From NCBI GenBank assembly GCA_028717385.1, contig JAQUNW010000005.1, forward strand, positions 1-57,092: DNA of 57,092 bases. The letters run 5' to 3'. The notes beneath the pieces were generated by a model that searched no databases, was not told the origin of the DNA, and saw nothing but the letters and a program-made list of their open reading frames with translations. The position numbers were made by a program, and so were the translations under genes. Position 1 is the stretch's first letter, and the number at the start of each line of letters is the position of its first letter. Origin of the DNA: Dehalococcoidales bacterium (GTDB taxonomy: Bacteria > Chloroflexota > Dehalococcoidia > Dehalococcoidales > CSSed11-197). Below are positions 17,694 through 26,903 of this stretch, in pieces.

Positions 17694-19097
17694 TTAAAAT
17701 CTGAAATAAATAAATGGATTAAATGAACCATCCACCAGATAACCAGTGACTAACAACATTAAAAAAATTTGTACGGCCGGTCTGAGGATGCTGGTTGCTG
17801 TAACTAATGATTTATATTGACCTGTTTTTTCGGTGATATATTTCCATAGGGGAGTTGATCCAAATATCGCAATTGCAAATACCATCCAATAGCTGCTCAG
17901 GTAATAATTGGTTTCCAGACTGGTCAAAGGTATTCCAGTTAAGCCAAACATCGCTTTCAGTGAGGCTGTGCTTTCAGCAATACCATTAGTATTAAATATG
18001 ACGAAACCTATTACTACCACCAGTAGCAGATAGCAATGACTGAACGCCCTGGGTAGCTTGGCGAAAAAATGTTTAAAAGTGTATTTCTCGAGTATTAAAA
18101 ACAAAGCAAAATAAAGACCCCAGGTAATAAAATTCCATTCCGCCCCATGCCAGAATCCGGTTAGGAACCAGACTATGGCGACATTTCTGATCCATTTAAT
18201 CAGGCTAACCCGGTTGCCGCCAAGTGGGATATAAACATAATCCCTAAACCACGAGCCAAGTGAAATGTGCCATCTGCGCCAAAATTCGGTAACCGATTTA
18301 GAGATGTAGGGGAAATTAAAGTTTTCAGGGAAGCGGAAACCCAAGATTCTCCCCAAGCCGATTGCCATGTCGCTATAGCCTGAAAAATCGAAGTATATCT
18401 GCAGTGCAAAGCCAATTGCCCATATCCAGTACAAAAGGACAGTTTTTTCATCTGTGTTAGAAAATATGAGTCCCAGTTCTCCCAACGAATTGGCAATTAT
18501 TACCTTTTTTGCTAAGCCGGTAATGAAACGATTGATACCATAAGTGATATCTGCAATGGTATGCTTTCTATTAACCAGAGCTGCTTCAACGGTGGTGTAT
18601 CTGACTATAGGTCCGGCGATTAATTGAGGAAACAGGGCGACGTAAGTAGCAAAGTTGATGAGGCTGGTTTGTACTTTTACTGTACCTTTGTATAAGTCGA
18701 TGGTATAAGAAAGTATCTGGAAGGTATAAAAACTTATACCAATAGGCAGGGCTAAATTCAGAGGATCAAGTGTTGAGTCGAAAACAGCGTTAATATTATT
18801 AATGAAGAAAGCGTAATATTTAAAAAAACCAAGCGTGCTGATACTGACAACAACTGAAGATGTTAAAGCCAGCTTGCGGGCTTGGCTGTGTTGTGCTTTC
18901 GAAATCCATATCCCGTGCAGGTACGCCGAAATAATTGATAGAGCCATCAAAAGAGAATAAATAGGCTCTCCCCAGAAATAAAAGGCAAAACTTGCCAGTA
19001 GCAAGACGAGGTTTTTGTATTTTGCCGGAGCAAGAAAATACACGGTTAATACTACTGGCAAGAAATAATAAAGGAAACTTATAGATGAGAACAGCAT
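17694..19097 (-). CDS. MBOAT family O-acyltransferase (AlgI/DltB-like)
   Basis: Polytopic 467 aa containing FWRRWHISLGSWFRDYVYIPLGGNR and FLTGFWHG. Confidence 0.9.
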   Translation of the reverse strand: MLFSSISFLYYFLPVVLTVYFLAPAKYKNLVLLLASFAFYFWGEPIYSLLMALSIISAYLHGIWISKAQHSQARKLALTSSVVVSISTLGFFKYYAFFINNINAVFDSTLDPLNLALPIGISFYTFQILSYTIDLYKGTVKVQTSLINFATYVALFPQLIAGPIVRYTTVEAALVNRKHTIADITYGINRFITGLAKKVIIANSLGELGLIFSNTDEKTVLLYWIWAIGFALQIYFDFSGYSDMAIGLGRILGFRFPENFNFPYISKSVTEFWRRWHISLGSWFRDYVYIPLGGNRVSLIKWIRNVAIVWFLTGFWHGAEWNFITWGLYFALFLILEKYTFKHFFAKLPRAFSHCYLLLVVVIGFVIFNTNGIAESTASLKAMFGLTGIPLTSLETNYYLSSYWMVFAIAIFGSTPLWKYITEKTGQYKSLVTATSILRPAVQIFLMLLVTGYLVDGSFNPFIYFRF

Positions 19098-19140
19098 GCT
19101 TTTCCTTTATAGAATGTTATGATTGCCATAAGCATGCCTG

Positions 19141-19677
19141 TTATGCTAATGCAAGAAATGCATTATACAAAGTCTGAGTCTCCTGATCACTCATTAACAG
19201 AAAGACAACATCGCCAATGTTGTCTACTATAACATTGGAGGGATCAACCCCGGTGCATATCCATTTCATGGGGTCGACATTTTCTTTAATATCAGTTTTT
19301 ATCTGTTCGATGTCTGCGCCATCTTTGACACGAACTAGACAAAGTGAATAAGCCCCTGGTGACATTATTGGTTCAGATGCAATTCCTTCTTTGAATTGGA
19401 TGTCATCTTTACCGAGATAATAGGCTACTCTATCCTCGGTTATTTCAGCTGTATATAAACCTTCCTCAATAAAATTGCGGAAAGATTCATCAACATCTGC
19501 ATTTTGGTAAATGCTTTCCAGTATGCTTTCCAGGCTTCCTTCGAGGTTGTTATTGGGCGGGGTTGTGGTGTTTCCATTTTCTGTTTGGCATGCGAGCATG
19601 CTGAAGCTCAATGCTAAAACCATTAAGGGCAGGATTATTTTTTTCAAATTATTCTCCTTGTATTTTTTTGTTTCCAT
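19141..19677 (-). CDS. lipoprotein, first gene of the MBOAT module (possibly DUF4358-like)
   Basis: Signal peptide with lipobox LSFSMLAC. The family call is from memory only. Confidence 0.6.
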   Translation of the reverse strand: METKKYKENNLKKIILPLMVLALSFSMLACQTENGNTTTPPNNNLEGSLESILESIYQNADVDESFRNFIEEGLYTAEITEDRVAYYLGKDDIQFKEGIASEPIMSPGAYSLCLVRVKDGADIEQIKTDIKENVDPMKWICTGVDPSNVIVDNIGDVVFLLMSDQETQTLYNAFLALA

Positions 19678-19911
19678 AGCTGCAAATGAGTGATTGTCTT
19701 TTTACTGCATGATATTAGAATTTTCCTCCTGGTTGTAATTAGCTTCATTTTATATAACGCAATTTCATAGAAATGGTTAGAAAAGCCTAATTGAGTATGA
19801 TAACTTCAAATATTAATAATGCTATATTGACAGCAATCTGCAAACGGAAGACAGTGGTTCTGGAGCTTCGAATTAAAGCCTGAGCTTAAATTTGCATTAC
19901 CAGGTCAGTCA

Positions 19912-20403
19912 ATGAAAAAGAGTTTGGCATTGATTATTGCAATATTATTGCTGCTTGCAGGGTGCAGGGAACCATCTATCACAACCTCCACCTAAAAACT
20001 AGTTACTACACCAGGCAATCATGTGCCTACCGAGCTAACTACTCCGAGTGGCAATATCACATCCTCAACCGCCCCAAGCTCATTTACGACTGAACCTTCG
20101 ACTCACACATCTCCAGTGTTCTTCACCTACACCGGGAATGGCAGGACGGGAACCCCGCTTTTTGAAAGCGATTGGTCTTATTGGAAGATCGCTTTCAGTA
20201 CAAATTGGAATGGACAATTTACAGTGGAGCTAAAAACTGGTAAAACCGGTCATATAGTGGTTGACCAGGTAGTGAGGGCTGATGAAGAGTACCGGTCCTG
20301 TGTTATTGGTTATACCGGCTCGCCATTTTTTGTTGTCCTTGCTGCCCCGGAAGTTGGTCAATGGACAATCTGGGTAGAACCAGACCCATATTATTATTAT
20401 TGA
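19912..20403 (+). pseudogene. lipoprotein gene interrupted by an in-frame TAA (19993..19995)
   Basis: MKKSLALIIAILLLLAGC REPSITTST-TAA-KLVTTPGNHVPTELTTPSG... stays in one frame. A signal peptide plus lipobox lies upstream of the stop, and a Thr/Ser/Pro linker plus a 126-aa domain lies downstream. Confidence 0.55.
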
Positions 20404-20513
20404 ATATAAAAGATTGGGGTGCAGAGCAGATATTTTATTTCAAGTGTAATTAATAAGTGGTATAATTGCGGTTTAATTACATAGACAGAAAAATAATTGG
20501 AGAGTATTAATTA

Positions 20514-21386
20514 ATGCAGATTGTAACCGATAGCGGCGTCGATACTACCATGTCGCCTCAGGAGATGGGCGAATATAATATCCATGTTGTTCCTTTGAGG
20601 GTAACGTTGGGGGGCAAGACATACAGAGAAGGGTTGGATATAAGCAAGGAAGACTTTTACCAGCTTCTTGTTGCGGGTAAAGAGCTACCTAGGACAACCC
20701 AACCCGCTCCCGGAGAATTTGCCGAGCTTTACCGCAATCTGGCCAAAAAGGATCCAGACATATTATCCATACATATGTCCAGCGGTTTAAGTGGAACTTA
20801 TCAATCTGCCGTATTGGCTTCACAGATGGTGCCGGAGGCCAGAATCACCCATGTTGATACAAAGACCCTCTCTGCTCCCTCTGGCTGGCAGGTAGAAGCA
20901 GCAGCCAGAGCCATCAAAGATGGCTGGGCACTGGATAAGATACTTGAATTGGTAAAACGTATAAGCCAGGCGACGGAGACTGTATTCACCCTCGAAGAGT
21001 TAAAATACCTTATTCACGGTGGGCGCATTAGCCACATGAAGGGATTGGTAGCTTCAGTGCTTAACATCAAGCCTGTTATTGGGGTGGAGAAAGAGAAGGG
21101 TACTTACGTCCAAATGGCTTTTCTGCGCACTTTTAAGAAGGCGATAAAAGGAGTCGTGGATATAATCGAAAAGAAACATGCGGCTGGTTCCAGTTTGAGA
21201 GTCCAGGTGGTACACGCCCAGAATCCGGAAGGGGCTCAGGCTTTACAGGAGCAGATTGCTGAAAAGTTTAACTGCACATTCTTGCCCAAAATAGCTATGT
21301 CTCTGGTTCTTGGTGCCCATACAGGACCTAGTATGATTGGTGTTGCCTATGCAGATGCAAATGTGTTTTTGGGGATTCCGGCTTAG
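20514..21386 (+). CDS. DegV family fatty-acid-binding protein
   Basis: IVTDSGVD start, HMSSGLSGTYQSA, and typical DegV length. Confidence 0.85.
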   Translation: MQIVTDSGVDTTMSPQEMGEYNIHVVPLRVTLGGKTYREGLDISKEDFYQLLVAGKELPRTTQPAPGEFAELYRNLAKKDPDILSIHMSSGLSGTYQSAVLASQMVPEARITHVDTKTLSAPSGWQVEAAARAIKDGWALDKILELVKRISQATETVFTLEELKYLIHGGRISHMKGLVASVLNIKPVIGVEKEKGTYVQMAFLRTFKKAIKGVVDIIEKKHAAGSSLRVQVVHAQNPEGAQALQEQIAEKFNCTFLPKIAMSLVLGAHTGPSMIGVAYADANVFLGIPA

Positions 21387-21405
21387 CTTAAGTTTGGGAA
21401 TAAAA

Positions 21406-21439
21406 TAAAAAGGCGGGAAGCTAATCCCCCGCCTTTTTT
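21406..21439. terminator. bidirectional intrinsic terminator between convergent genes
   Basis: AAAAA-GGCGGG-loop-CCCGCC-TTTTTT. Confidence 0.8.
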
Positions 21440-21459
21440 GTACTAATCTGATATTTAAA

Positions 21460-22452
21460 CTACTTCAGTACTTCCATAAGCTGCTCGCTTAATTTGGTTA
21501 CAACTTCTCCGTCATAATCCTCAATACTACCGGCGTCGCATAGCTTGGCCATCTCAGGATCGATTGGAATCTGCGCCAAAAGGGGTGCATTGGCTGCTTT
21601 TGCCATTTGTTCACCGCGGCTTTTTCCGAAGATTTCTATCTTCTTGTCGATTTCTGGTACATAGAGGTAGCTCATATTTTCAACTACGCCCAGCACTTTC
21701 TTTTCCATCTTATTAGCCATAGAAAGCGCCTTTCTGACTATCATATCTACCAGATCCTGCGGTGTATATACTACGATTACACCTGTAATCGGGAAGGATT
21801 GCATTACGGTTAAAGGGGCGTCCGCAGTTCCGGGTGGCAGGTCAATAATGAGGTAGTCCAGCTTGCCCCATAAAACGTCATTGCCAAACTGTTTGATGGC
21901 GCTGGCAATCAGGGGGCCTCTCCATATCACTGCTTCTCCTTCATCGGGAAGGATCAGGTTGATGGACATCATTCCGATGCCGGTTTTACTCATAACTGGC
22001 ATGATGCCACTTTCATTGCCGGTAGGGGAGAGGTTTACGCCAAACATTTTGGGCATGCTTGGTCCGGTTATATCGGCATCCAGTATACCAACCTCATATC
22101 CTGCTCTTTTTAGAGCTATTGCTACCAAGCCGGATACTAGCGATTTTCCAACTCCACCTTTGCCGCTCATGACAGCAATGATATTAGTGATCTGGTTAAG
22201 TTCCTGGGCTTTGACATCAGTATACTCAACCGTTACTGTGCCGGCTCCATCTATATCCCCAAGGGTTTTTATAACAGTGTTTTTGGTTATTTCTTCCATC
22301 ATGGGGGCAAGGCCAGTATTGGCAAGGTAAACCTTTATACCTTCATCCGAGATTATAATATCGCGCAGTAAATTGAGCTGCTCGATGGTACGCCTGGTAC
22401 CCATAATGGTGATTTCTTCCAGGGCTTTGGTGACTGTTTCCTTATCAACCAT
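21460..22452 (-). CDS. Mrp/NBP35 (ApbC-like) Fe-S cluster carrier ATPase with an N-terminal DUF59-like domain
   Basis: Contains VMSGKGGVGKS and IIDLPPGTAD. Confidence 0.9.
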   Translation of the reverse strand: MVDKETVTKALEEITIMGTRRTIEQLNLLRDIIISDEGIKVYLANTGLAPMMEEITKNTVIKTLGDIDGAGTVTVEYTDVKAQELNQITNIIAVMSGKGGVGKSLVSGLVAIALKRAGYEVGILDADITGPSMPKMFGVNLSPTGNESGIMPVMSKTGIGMMSINLILPDEGEAVIWRGPLIASAIKQFGNDVLWGKLDYLIIDLPPGTADAPLTVMQSFPITGVIVVYTPQDLVDMIVRKALSMANKMEKKVLGVVENMSYLYVPEIDKKIEIFGKSRGEQMAKAANAPLLAQIPIDPEMAKLCDAGSIEDYDGEVVTKLSEQLMEVLK

Positions 22453-22475
22453 TTATAATTCTCCTCCGGTGTTTA

Positions 22476-22841
22476 TTAGTGCTGGCAAGTGTGGCCTCCC
22501 CCGGAATGGTCGCAGGTATCCCCTCCTGTTTCCAGGGAGCCGTTTATATAATCCAGTACGGCTTTTTCAGGATTATCTTCGATTACTCCGGTTACGACGG
22601 TAATGTTTTGCGAAAGAAAGAGTTCTCTTGCGTGTGCACCCATTCCCCCGGCGAGAATAACATTAGCTCCTTTTTCTCCCAGCCATTTGGGTAACAGACC
22701 GGGCTGGTGAGGAGGCGGCACAGCCAGTTCTTTAGACAGTATATTTTTCTGTGATTCATCCACATCAAAAAGAGCAAACTGCTCACAATGACCGAAATGT
22801 GCCGATACTGCTCCACCGCTAATAGGTACTGCGTATTTCAT
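22476..22841 (-). CDS. NifB/NifX-family (dinitrogenase FeMo-cofactor-binding fold) protein
   Basis: Contains MKYAVPISGGAVSAHFGHCEQFALFDV and VILAGGMG, with a Cys/His-rich tail. Confidence 0.75.
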   Translation of the reverse strand: MKYAVPISGGAVSAHFGHCEQFALFDVDESQKNILSKELAVPPPHQPGLLPKWLGEKGANVILAGGMGAHARELFLSQNITVVTGVIEDNPEKAVLDYINGSLETGGDTCDHSGGGHTCQH

Positions 22842-22844
22842 GTT

Positions 22845-23714
22845 TTATTCCCCCTGTATATTATTTTCTATATTGATATAATGCCACAATTTAGTAATTT
22901 CTTGTGTTATCTTCCCATTAGTATATTCCAAAACAGGTTTTCCATGAACCATCGCCTCGGTTACCAATGTGTCAAAGGGGATTTTGGCTGCGACGGGAAT
23001 AGCGAGAGATCTGCAGTAAGCCTCGATTGATGAAGTATTACTTTCGTTTAAATCATACTTATTTATGCATACCACGGCTGGTACGCCAAAATGCTGGCAT
23101 ACCTGGATGATTCTTTTTAAATCATGCACACCGCTGAGTGTAGGTTCGGTTACCAGTAGGGCAATGTTTGCGCCCGCGAGTGAAGATATTACCGGGCAAC
23201 CTGTTCCTGGTGGTCCATCTATGATAATATAGTCTGCCTTTACCTCCTTAGCTATGTTTTTTGCCTGTCGTTTTACCTCAGCTACCAGCTTGCCAGAATT
23301 TTCCTGCCCTATACCCAGGCGTGCATGTACCAGCGCCCCATACCTTGAGTAAGAAACAAACCAGTACCCTGAAAAACTTGGCTGCATTGTTATTGCTTCA
23401 ACCGGACAGATATGGAAGCAAAAACCACACCCTTCACAGTTCAAAGGATCGATTATGAAATCAGTAATAGCATTGAAGCGGCATAGCTGAGAACAAAGGT
23501 TACATCTGGCACATTTATCCTTATTAATAAAAGCGACCTGCCCACCAGCGAATTCATGCTTTTCCTGGATATGGGGATCAAGCAGCAGGTCCAAATCAGC
23601 AGCGTCGACGTCACAATCTGCAAGTACCTTATTTTCTGCCAGCACAGCCAACGAGCCGACGATGCTGGTTTTGCCAGTGCCCCCTTTACCGCTAAGTACG
23701 ACTATTTCTTTCAC
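22845..23714 (-). CDS. MinD/ParA-type P-loop ATPase with an inserted 2x[4Fe-4S] ferredoxin domain
   Basis: VLSGKGGTGKTS, CARCNLCSQLC and CEGCGFCFHIC. I chose the GTG at 23714 because AGGAGA lies 6 nt upstream; the ORF track start is 23813. Confidence 0.8.
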   Translation of the reverse strand: MKEIVVLSGKGGTGKTSIVGSLAVLAENKVLADCDVDAADLDLLLDPHIQEKHEFAGGQVAFINKDKCARCNLCSQLCRFNAITDFIIDPLNCEGCGFCFHICPVEAITMQPSFSGYWFVSYSRYGALVHARLGIGQENSGKLVAEVKRQAKNIAKEVKADYIIIDGPPGTGCPVISSLAGANIALLVTEPTLSGVHDLKRIIQVCQHFGVPAVVCINKYDLNESNTSSIEAYCRSLAIPVAAKIPFDTLVTEAMVHGKPVLEYTNGKITQEITKLWHYINIENNIQGE

Positions 23715-24552
23715 TGGCAATCTCCTGAATTCTGCTAAATGCCTGTTTAAATTTTTCCTGATATTCCGGTAAGCCTTCGACCAGCATGATTCCTTCGGAA
23801 TAAAAACGGGCAATGTTTAAACTTAAAGGTATGGTTAGCAGTATGGGGATATTTTCTTGGTGACAATATTCTTCTACGTTAGAATAACCAATGCCTGAGC
23901 GGTTTAACACTAAGCCACAGGGAACGCTGAGCTGGGTTACGGTTTCAACTGCAAGTTTCAGGTCGTTTAAGCCAAATGGAGTTGGCTCAGTCACAAGCAG
24001 GCAGAAATCACTATCCTTGATAGCGGCAATCACAGGGCATGAGGTTCCCGGAGCTGCGTCTATAATGGCAATCTTTTTCTGGTCAATATGCTCCTTTACT
24101 TTCCTTACCACCGGTGTAGGCATGGTCTGGCCTATATCAAGTTTGCCCTGCACAAAACTGATATTACCGGCGGCGCCTGTTTCTATAATACCTATTTGAT
24201 TGGGTGTTTCGCTGATAGCTTGTCTTGGGCAAAGATAAGAACAGGCTCCACACCCATGGCAGAGTTCGGGAAAAGTAAGTACAGTATCTTTTATGGTTAC
24301 AACGGCTTTAAAGGCGCAAATTTCTGCGCATTTTCCGCAGTGATTGCATCGTTCCTCATTTATCAAAGGAGTCATGATAGAAACATAGTGTATATTGTTA
24401 ATAGTGGGCTTGAGGAAGATATGACTATTGGGCTCTTCTACATCTGCATCGAGCAATTGTACTTCGTAGTCATTTTTTATTGAAGCGGCAAGGCTGGTTG
24501 CTACCATTGTTTTGCCGGTTCCACCTTTACCGCTGGCAATAGAGATAATCAT
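23692..24552 (-). CDS. MinD/ParA-type P-loop ATPase with an inserted 2x[4Fe-4S] ferredoxin domain (paralog)
   Basis: Contains IASGKGGTGKT, CNHCGKCAEIC and CHGCGACSYLC. Confidence 0.8.
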   Translation of the reverse strand: MIISIASGKGGTGKTMVATSLAASIKNDYEVQLLDADVEEPNSHIFLKPTINNIHYVSIMTPLINEERCNHCGKCAEICAFKAVVTIKDTVLTFPELCHGCGACSYLCPRQAISETPNQIGIIETGAAGNISFVQGKLDIGQTMPTPVVRKVKEHIDQKKIAIIDAAPGTSCPVIAAIKDSDFCLLVTEPTPFGLNDLKLAVETVTQLSVPCGLVLNRSGIGYSNVEEYCHQENIPILLTIPLSLNIARFYSEGIMLVEGLPEYQEKFKQAFSRIQEIASERNSRT

Positions 24553-24597
24553 GTATATTAAGATACCTCTCAGTTAATCTATACTGGAAGAGCGCCC

Positions 24598-24981
24598 TCA
24601 GTCGTTTTCCCTGCCTCCACCTTTACCGAAATAGCCGCTTACGTTGGGATTGCGAGAAAGAGAAAAATTTCTGTTTTTATAATCCTCAATTGCCTTTCTT
24701 GCAGTCCCGGATGCCCCGGTAATAATACCTATACCGGCAGCAGTAAGAATTTTGTGTGCATTTGGGCCGCAGTTTCCGGTTATTACTACCTCAACTCCTT
24801 TTTGGGCAATCATTTGAGCGGTTGAGGTACCGGCTCCTTCACCTGCTGACTCGCCTGTATTATTAACCACCTCGAACTCCATAGTGTCGGGATTGGCGAT
24901 AAGAAATATTTCGCATCGGCCAAAGCGCGGATTAACTTCAGAATCAAGTGATGGATTGCTGGCAGAAATTGCAATTTTCAT
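24598..24981 (-). CDS. NifB/NifX-family protein (paralog)
   Basis: Contains MKIAISAS...NPRFGRCEIFLI and VVITGNCGPNA. Confidence 0.75.
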   Translation of the reverse strand: MKIAISASNPSLDSEVNPRFGRCEIFLIANPDTMEFEVVNNTGESAGEGAGTSTAQMIAQKGVEVVITGNCGPNAHKILTAAGIGIITGASGTARKAIEDYKNRNFSLSRNPNVSGYFGKGGGREND

Positions 24982-25000
24982 ATTTACACCTTAAATATAA

Positions 25001-25016
25001 TGAGCATATGCTCATA
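25001..25016. promoter_or_regulatory. 16-bp perfect palindrome ATGAGCATATGCTCAT in an AT-rich divergent intergenic region; candidate Fur/PerR-family operator
   Basis: I checked the perfect dyad by hand. It lies 20 nt upstream of the NifX-like gene start and about 125 nt upstream of the Fur-family gene. Confidence 0.45.
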
Positions 25017-25140
25017 TTAATAATATTCCTGCTAGTCTGGATGTGTCAAGAACTGGTGATATATGATAAAGTATTCTATTGGAACACTTGACTTGCAAAT
25101 GTCAAAGGTGTTTAATAATACTCTAGGAACTGTTACTGTT

Positions 25141-25536
25141 ATGATTACAAGAAACACAAGGCAAAAACAAGTTATTCTTAACATCCTCTCCAACACAACC
25201 AGCCATCCAACTGCAGACTGGATCTATGAGGAAGCCAGAAAAGTATTACCCAACGTAAGTAAGGGTACTGTATATCGCAACCTTAAGATTCTTAGTCAGT
25301 CGGGGCGAATTACCGAACTGAAAATCGATAAAGCTGCCCGCCGTTATGACGGTAATGGAAACAACCATTATCACCTCAAATGCGAAAATTGTAGCAATGT
25401 ATTCGACTTGGAGATTCCGGTCAGAAAAGAGCTCGACCAATGGGCTTCAGAAAATACCGGTACAGCAGTTAACGGGCACAATATTGAGTTTTTTGGGCTT
25501 TGCCGAGGGTGTCTGGCAAAAATAAGCCATCCTTAA
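25141..25536 (+). CDS. Fur family transcriptional regulator (PerR-like by context)
   Basis: Contains TRQKQVILNIL, TVYRNLKIL, HYHLKCENC and CRGC. Start chosen at the Met preceding TRNTRQK; the ORF track start is 25063. Confidence 0.85.
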   Translation: MITRNTRQKQVILNILSNTTSHPTADWIYEEARKVLPNVSKGTVYRNLKILSQSGRITELKIDKAARRYDGNGNNHYHLKCENCSNVFDLEIPVRKELDQWASENTGTAVNGHNIEFFGLCRGCLAKISHP

Positions 25537-25727
25537 TTTACGTTTTTTACTGACTTTAGATATGCAGGCTCTGGTCTGGCGCGTTCATCTGCCGGACTGA
25601 TTAAATATAGCCGGGAGGAATCTATATGGCAGAACCCACCGATGGATGTGTTTCTTCGGCAAAGGGTCCTATTTCAGAACCTGCTGCTGAGAATGTAAAA
25701 AGAGCGAAGGAGGAAACTACCAGGATT

Positions 25728-26336
25728 ATGACAGCACAAGTTGGCAAACCGGCACCGGATTTTGAGGCCGGTGCATATGTGGACGGCGGTTTCAAGAACA
25801 TCAAACTATCAGATTATAAAGGTAAATGGACAGTACTGTGTTTCTATCCAGGTGATTTTACATTTGTCTGACCTACTGAGCTTGCAGCAGTTGCTGCCAG
25901 GCAGGATGATCTGAAAGCCCTTGGTGTACAGGTGCTTTCTGTTAGCACAGATTCACGCTTCACCCACAAGATATGGCAAGCTGAAGAACTATCCAAAATG
26001 GTAGATGGTGGTTTCCCGTACCCGATGTTGTCTGACCAGGGTGGTCGTATCGGTACGATTTATGGTGTTTATGATGTAGATGCCGGAGTTAATATTCGAG
26101 GCCGGTTTATAATTGATCCGGATGGCATCATCCAAGCTATGGAAGTGCTGACTCCCACAGTGGGGCGCAATGTAGCTGAACTTATTCGCCAGGTAAAAGC
26201 TTATCAGCACACACGTAAAACCGGGGAAGTAATGCCATCTGAATGGCAGCCGGGTAAGCCTACTCTCAAACCATCGCCAGCGTTAGTTGGTAAGGTGTGG
26301 GAAGTGTGGAGGCCAGAAACTCCCGTACATGAATAA
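25728..26336 (+). CDS. prxU: selenocysteine-containing peroxiredoxin (AhpC/Prx1 family), with the TGA at 25869..25871 read as Sec
   Basis: ORFs 25626..25871 and 25932..26336 are in the same frame with no other stop between them. The join reads [16 protein letters not shown], so the TGA replaces the peroxidatic Cys of the universal FTFVCPTE motif. Confidence 0.85.
25880..25902 (+). promoter_or_regulatory. candidate bacterial SECIS hairpin
   Basis: GCTT-GCAGC-AGTT-GCTGC-(C)-AGGC begins 9 nt after the UGA and has G/U in the apical loop. Confidence 0.5.
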
Positions 26337-26465
26337 TTAGCGTAACAAAATAATCAACATACAAGCCGGGCTGCGTCTTTATTGCTCTATTAGTGCGAAG
26401 GTCGCCCGGCTTGCTAATACACATATCAAGGCTATATTTTCTGCTAAAAGGAAAAGGAGGCTAAA

Positions 26466-26903
26466 ATGCAATTACCTGAATATGTTAGCAAGGAAGAAGT
26501 AAAACGGATTTGTAAAGAGATGGGTCTCAGAGATTGGACTAAAATTACCAAGCCAGCGGTAGATGACGAGGAAGCTGGGATAATTTTAAAAATCGTTAAT
26601 GTAAATAATATGGATATCCCGCTTGAAGAGTTTCGCAGAGGGTTGGAGATTGAGCTGGAACACGGAACAATGTATGAAGATGCTAATGTAACCAATAATC
26701 ACCCAGTGCTTACCGGTAAAATTGTACTCGCGCATCTAAAAGAAATGATGGATTATTACGAAAGGCTGGAAGTGGCGGAAATTGAGGGCGACCTGTTGAA
26801 AGCAATTATGGCTAAAAACATGGAGAAGGTAGAATCGAAATACAAAAAACTTGCTGCGGCCAAGGAAGAGCTTGCCAGGGTCATTTCTGATCAGATGGCT
26901 TAA
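26466..26903 (+). CDS. hypothetical protein (145 aa)
   Basis: Strong RBS AAAGGAGG. The conserved-looking core is GLEIELEHG...TNNHP...KIVLAHLKE. No family is confidently recognised. Confidence 0.7.
   Translation: MQLPEYVSKEEVKRICKEMGLRDWTKITKPAVDDEEAGIILKIVNVNNMDIPLEEFRRGLEIELEHGTMYEDANVTNNHPVLTGKIVLAHLKEMMDYYERLEVAEIEGDLLKAIMAKNMEKVESKYKKLAAAKEELARVISDQMA

Noticed and set aside
26366-26415. AAGCCGGGC ... GCCCGGCTT inverted repeat after the peroxiredoxin gene
   Set aside because: It has a 9-bp stem, but the loop is about 32 nt and no U-tract follows. It is possibly a weak terminator, but not convincing enough to annotate.
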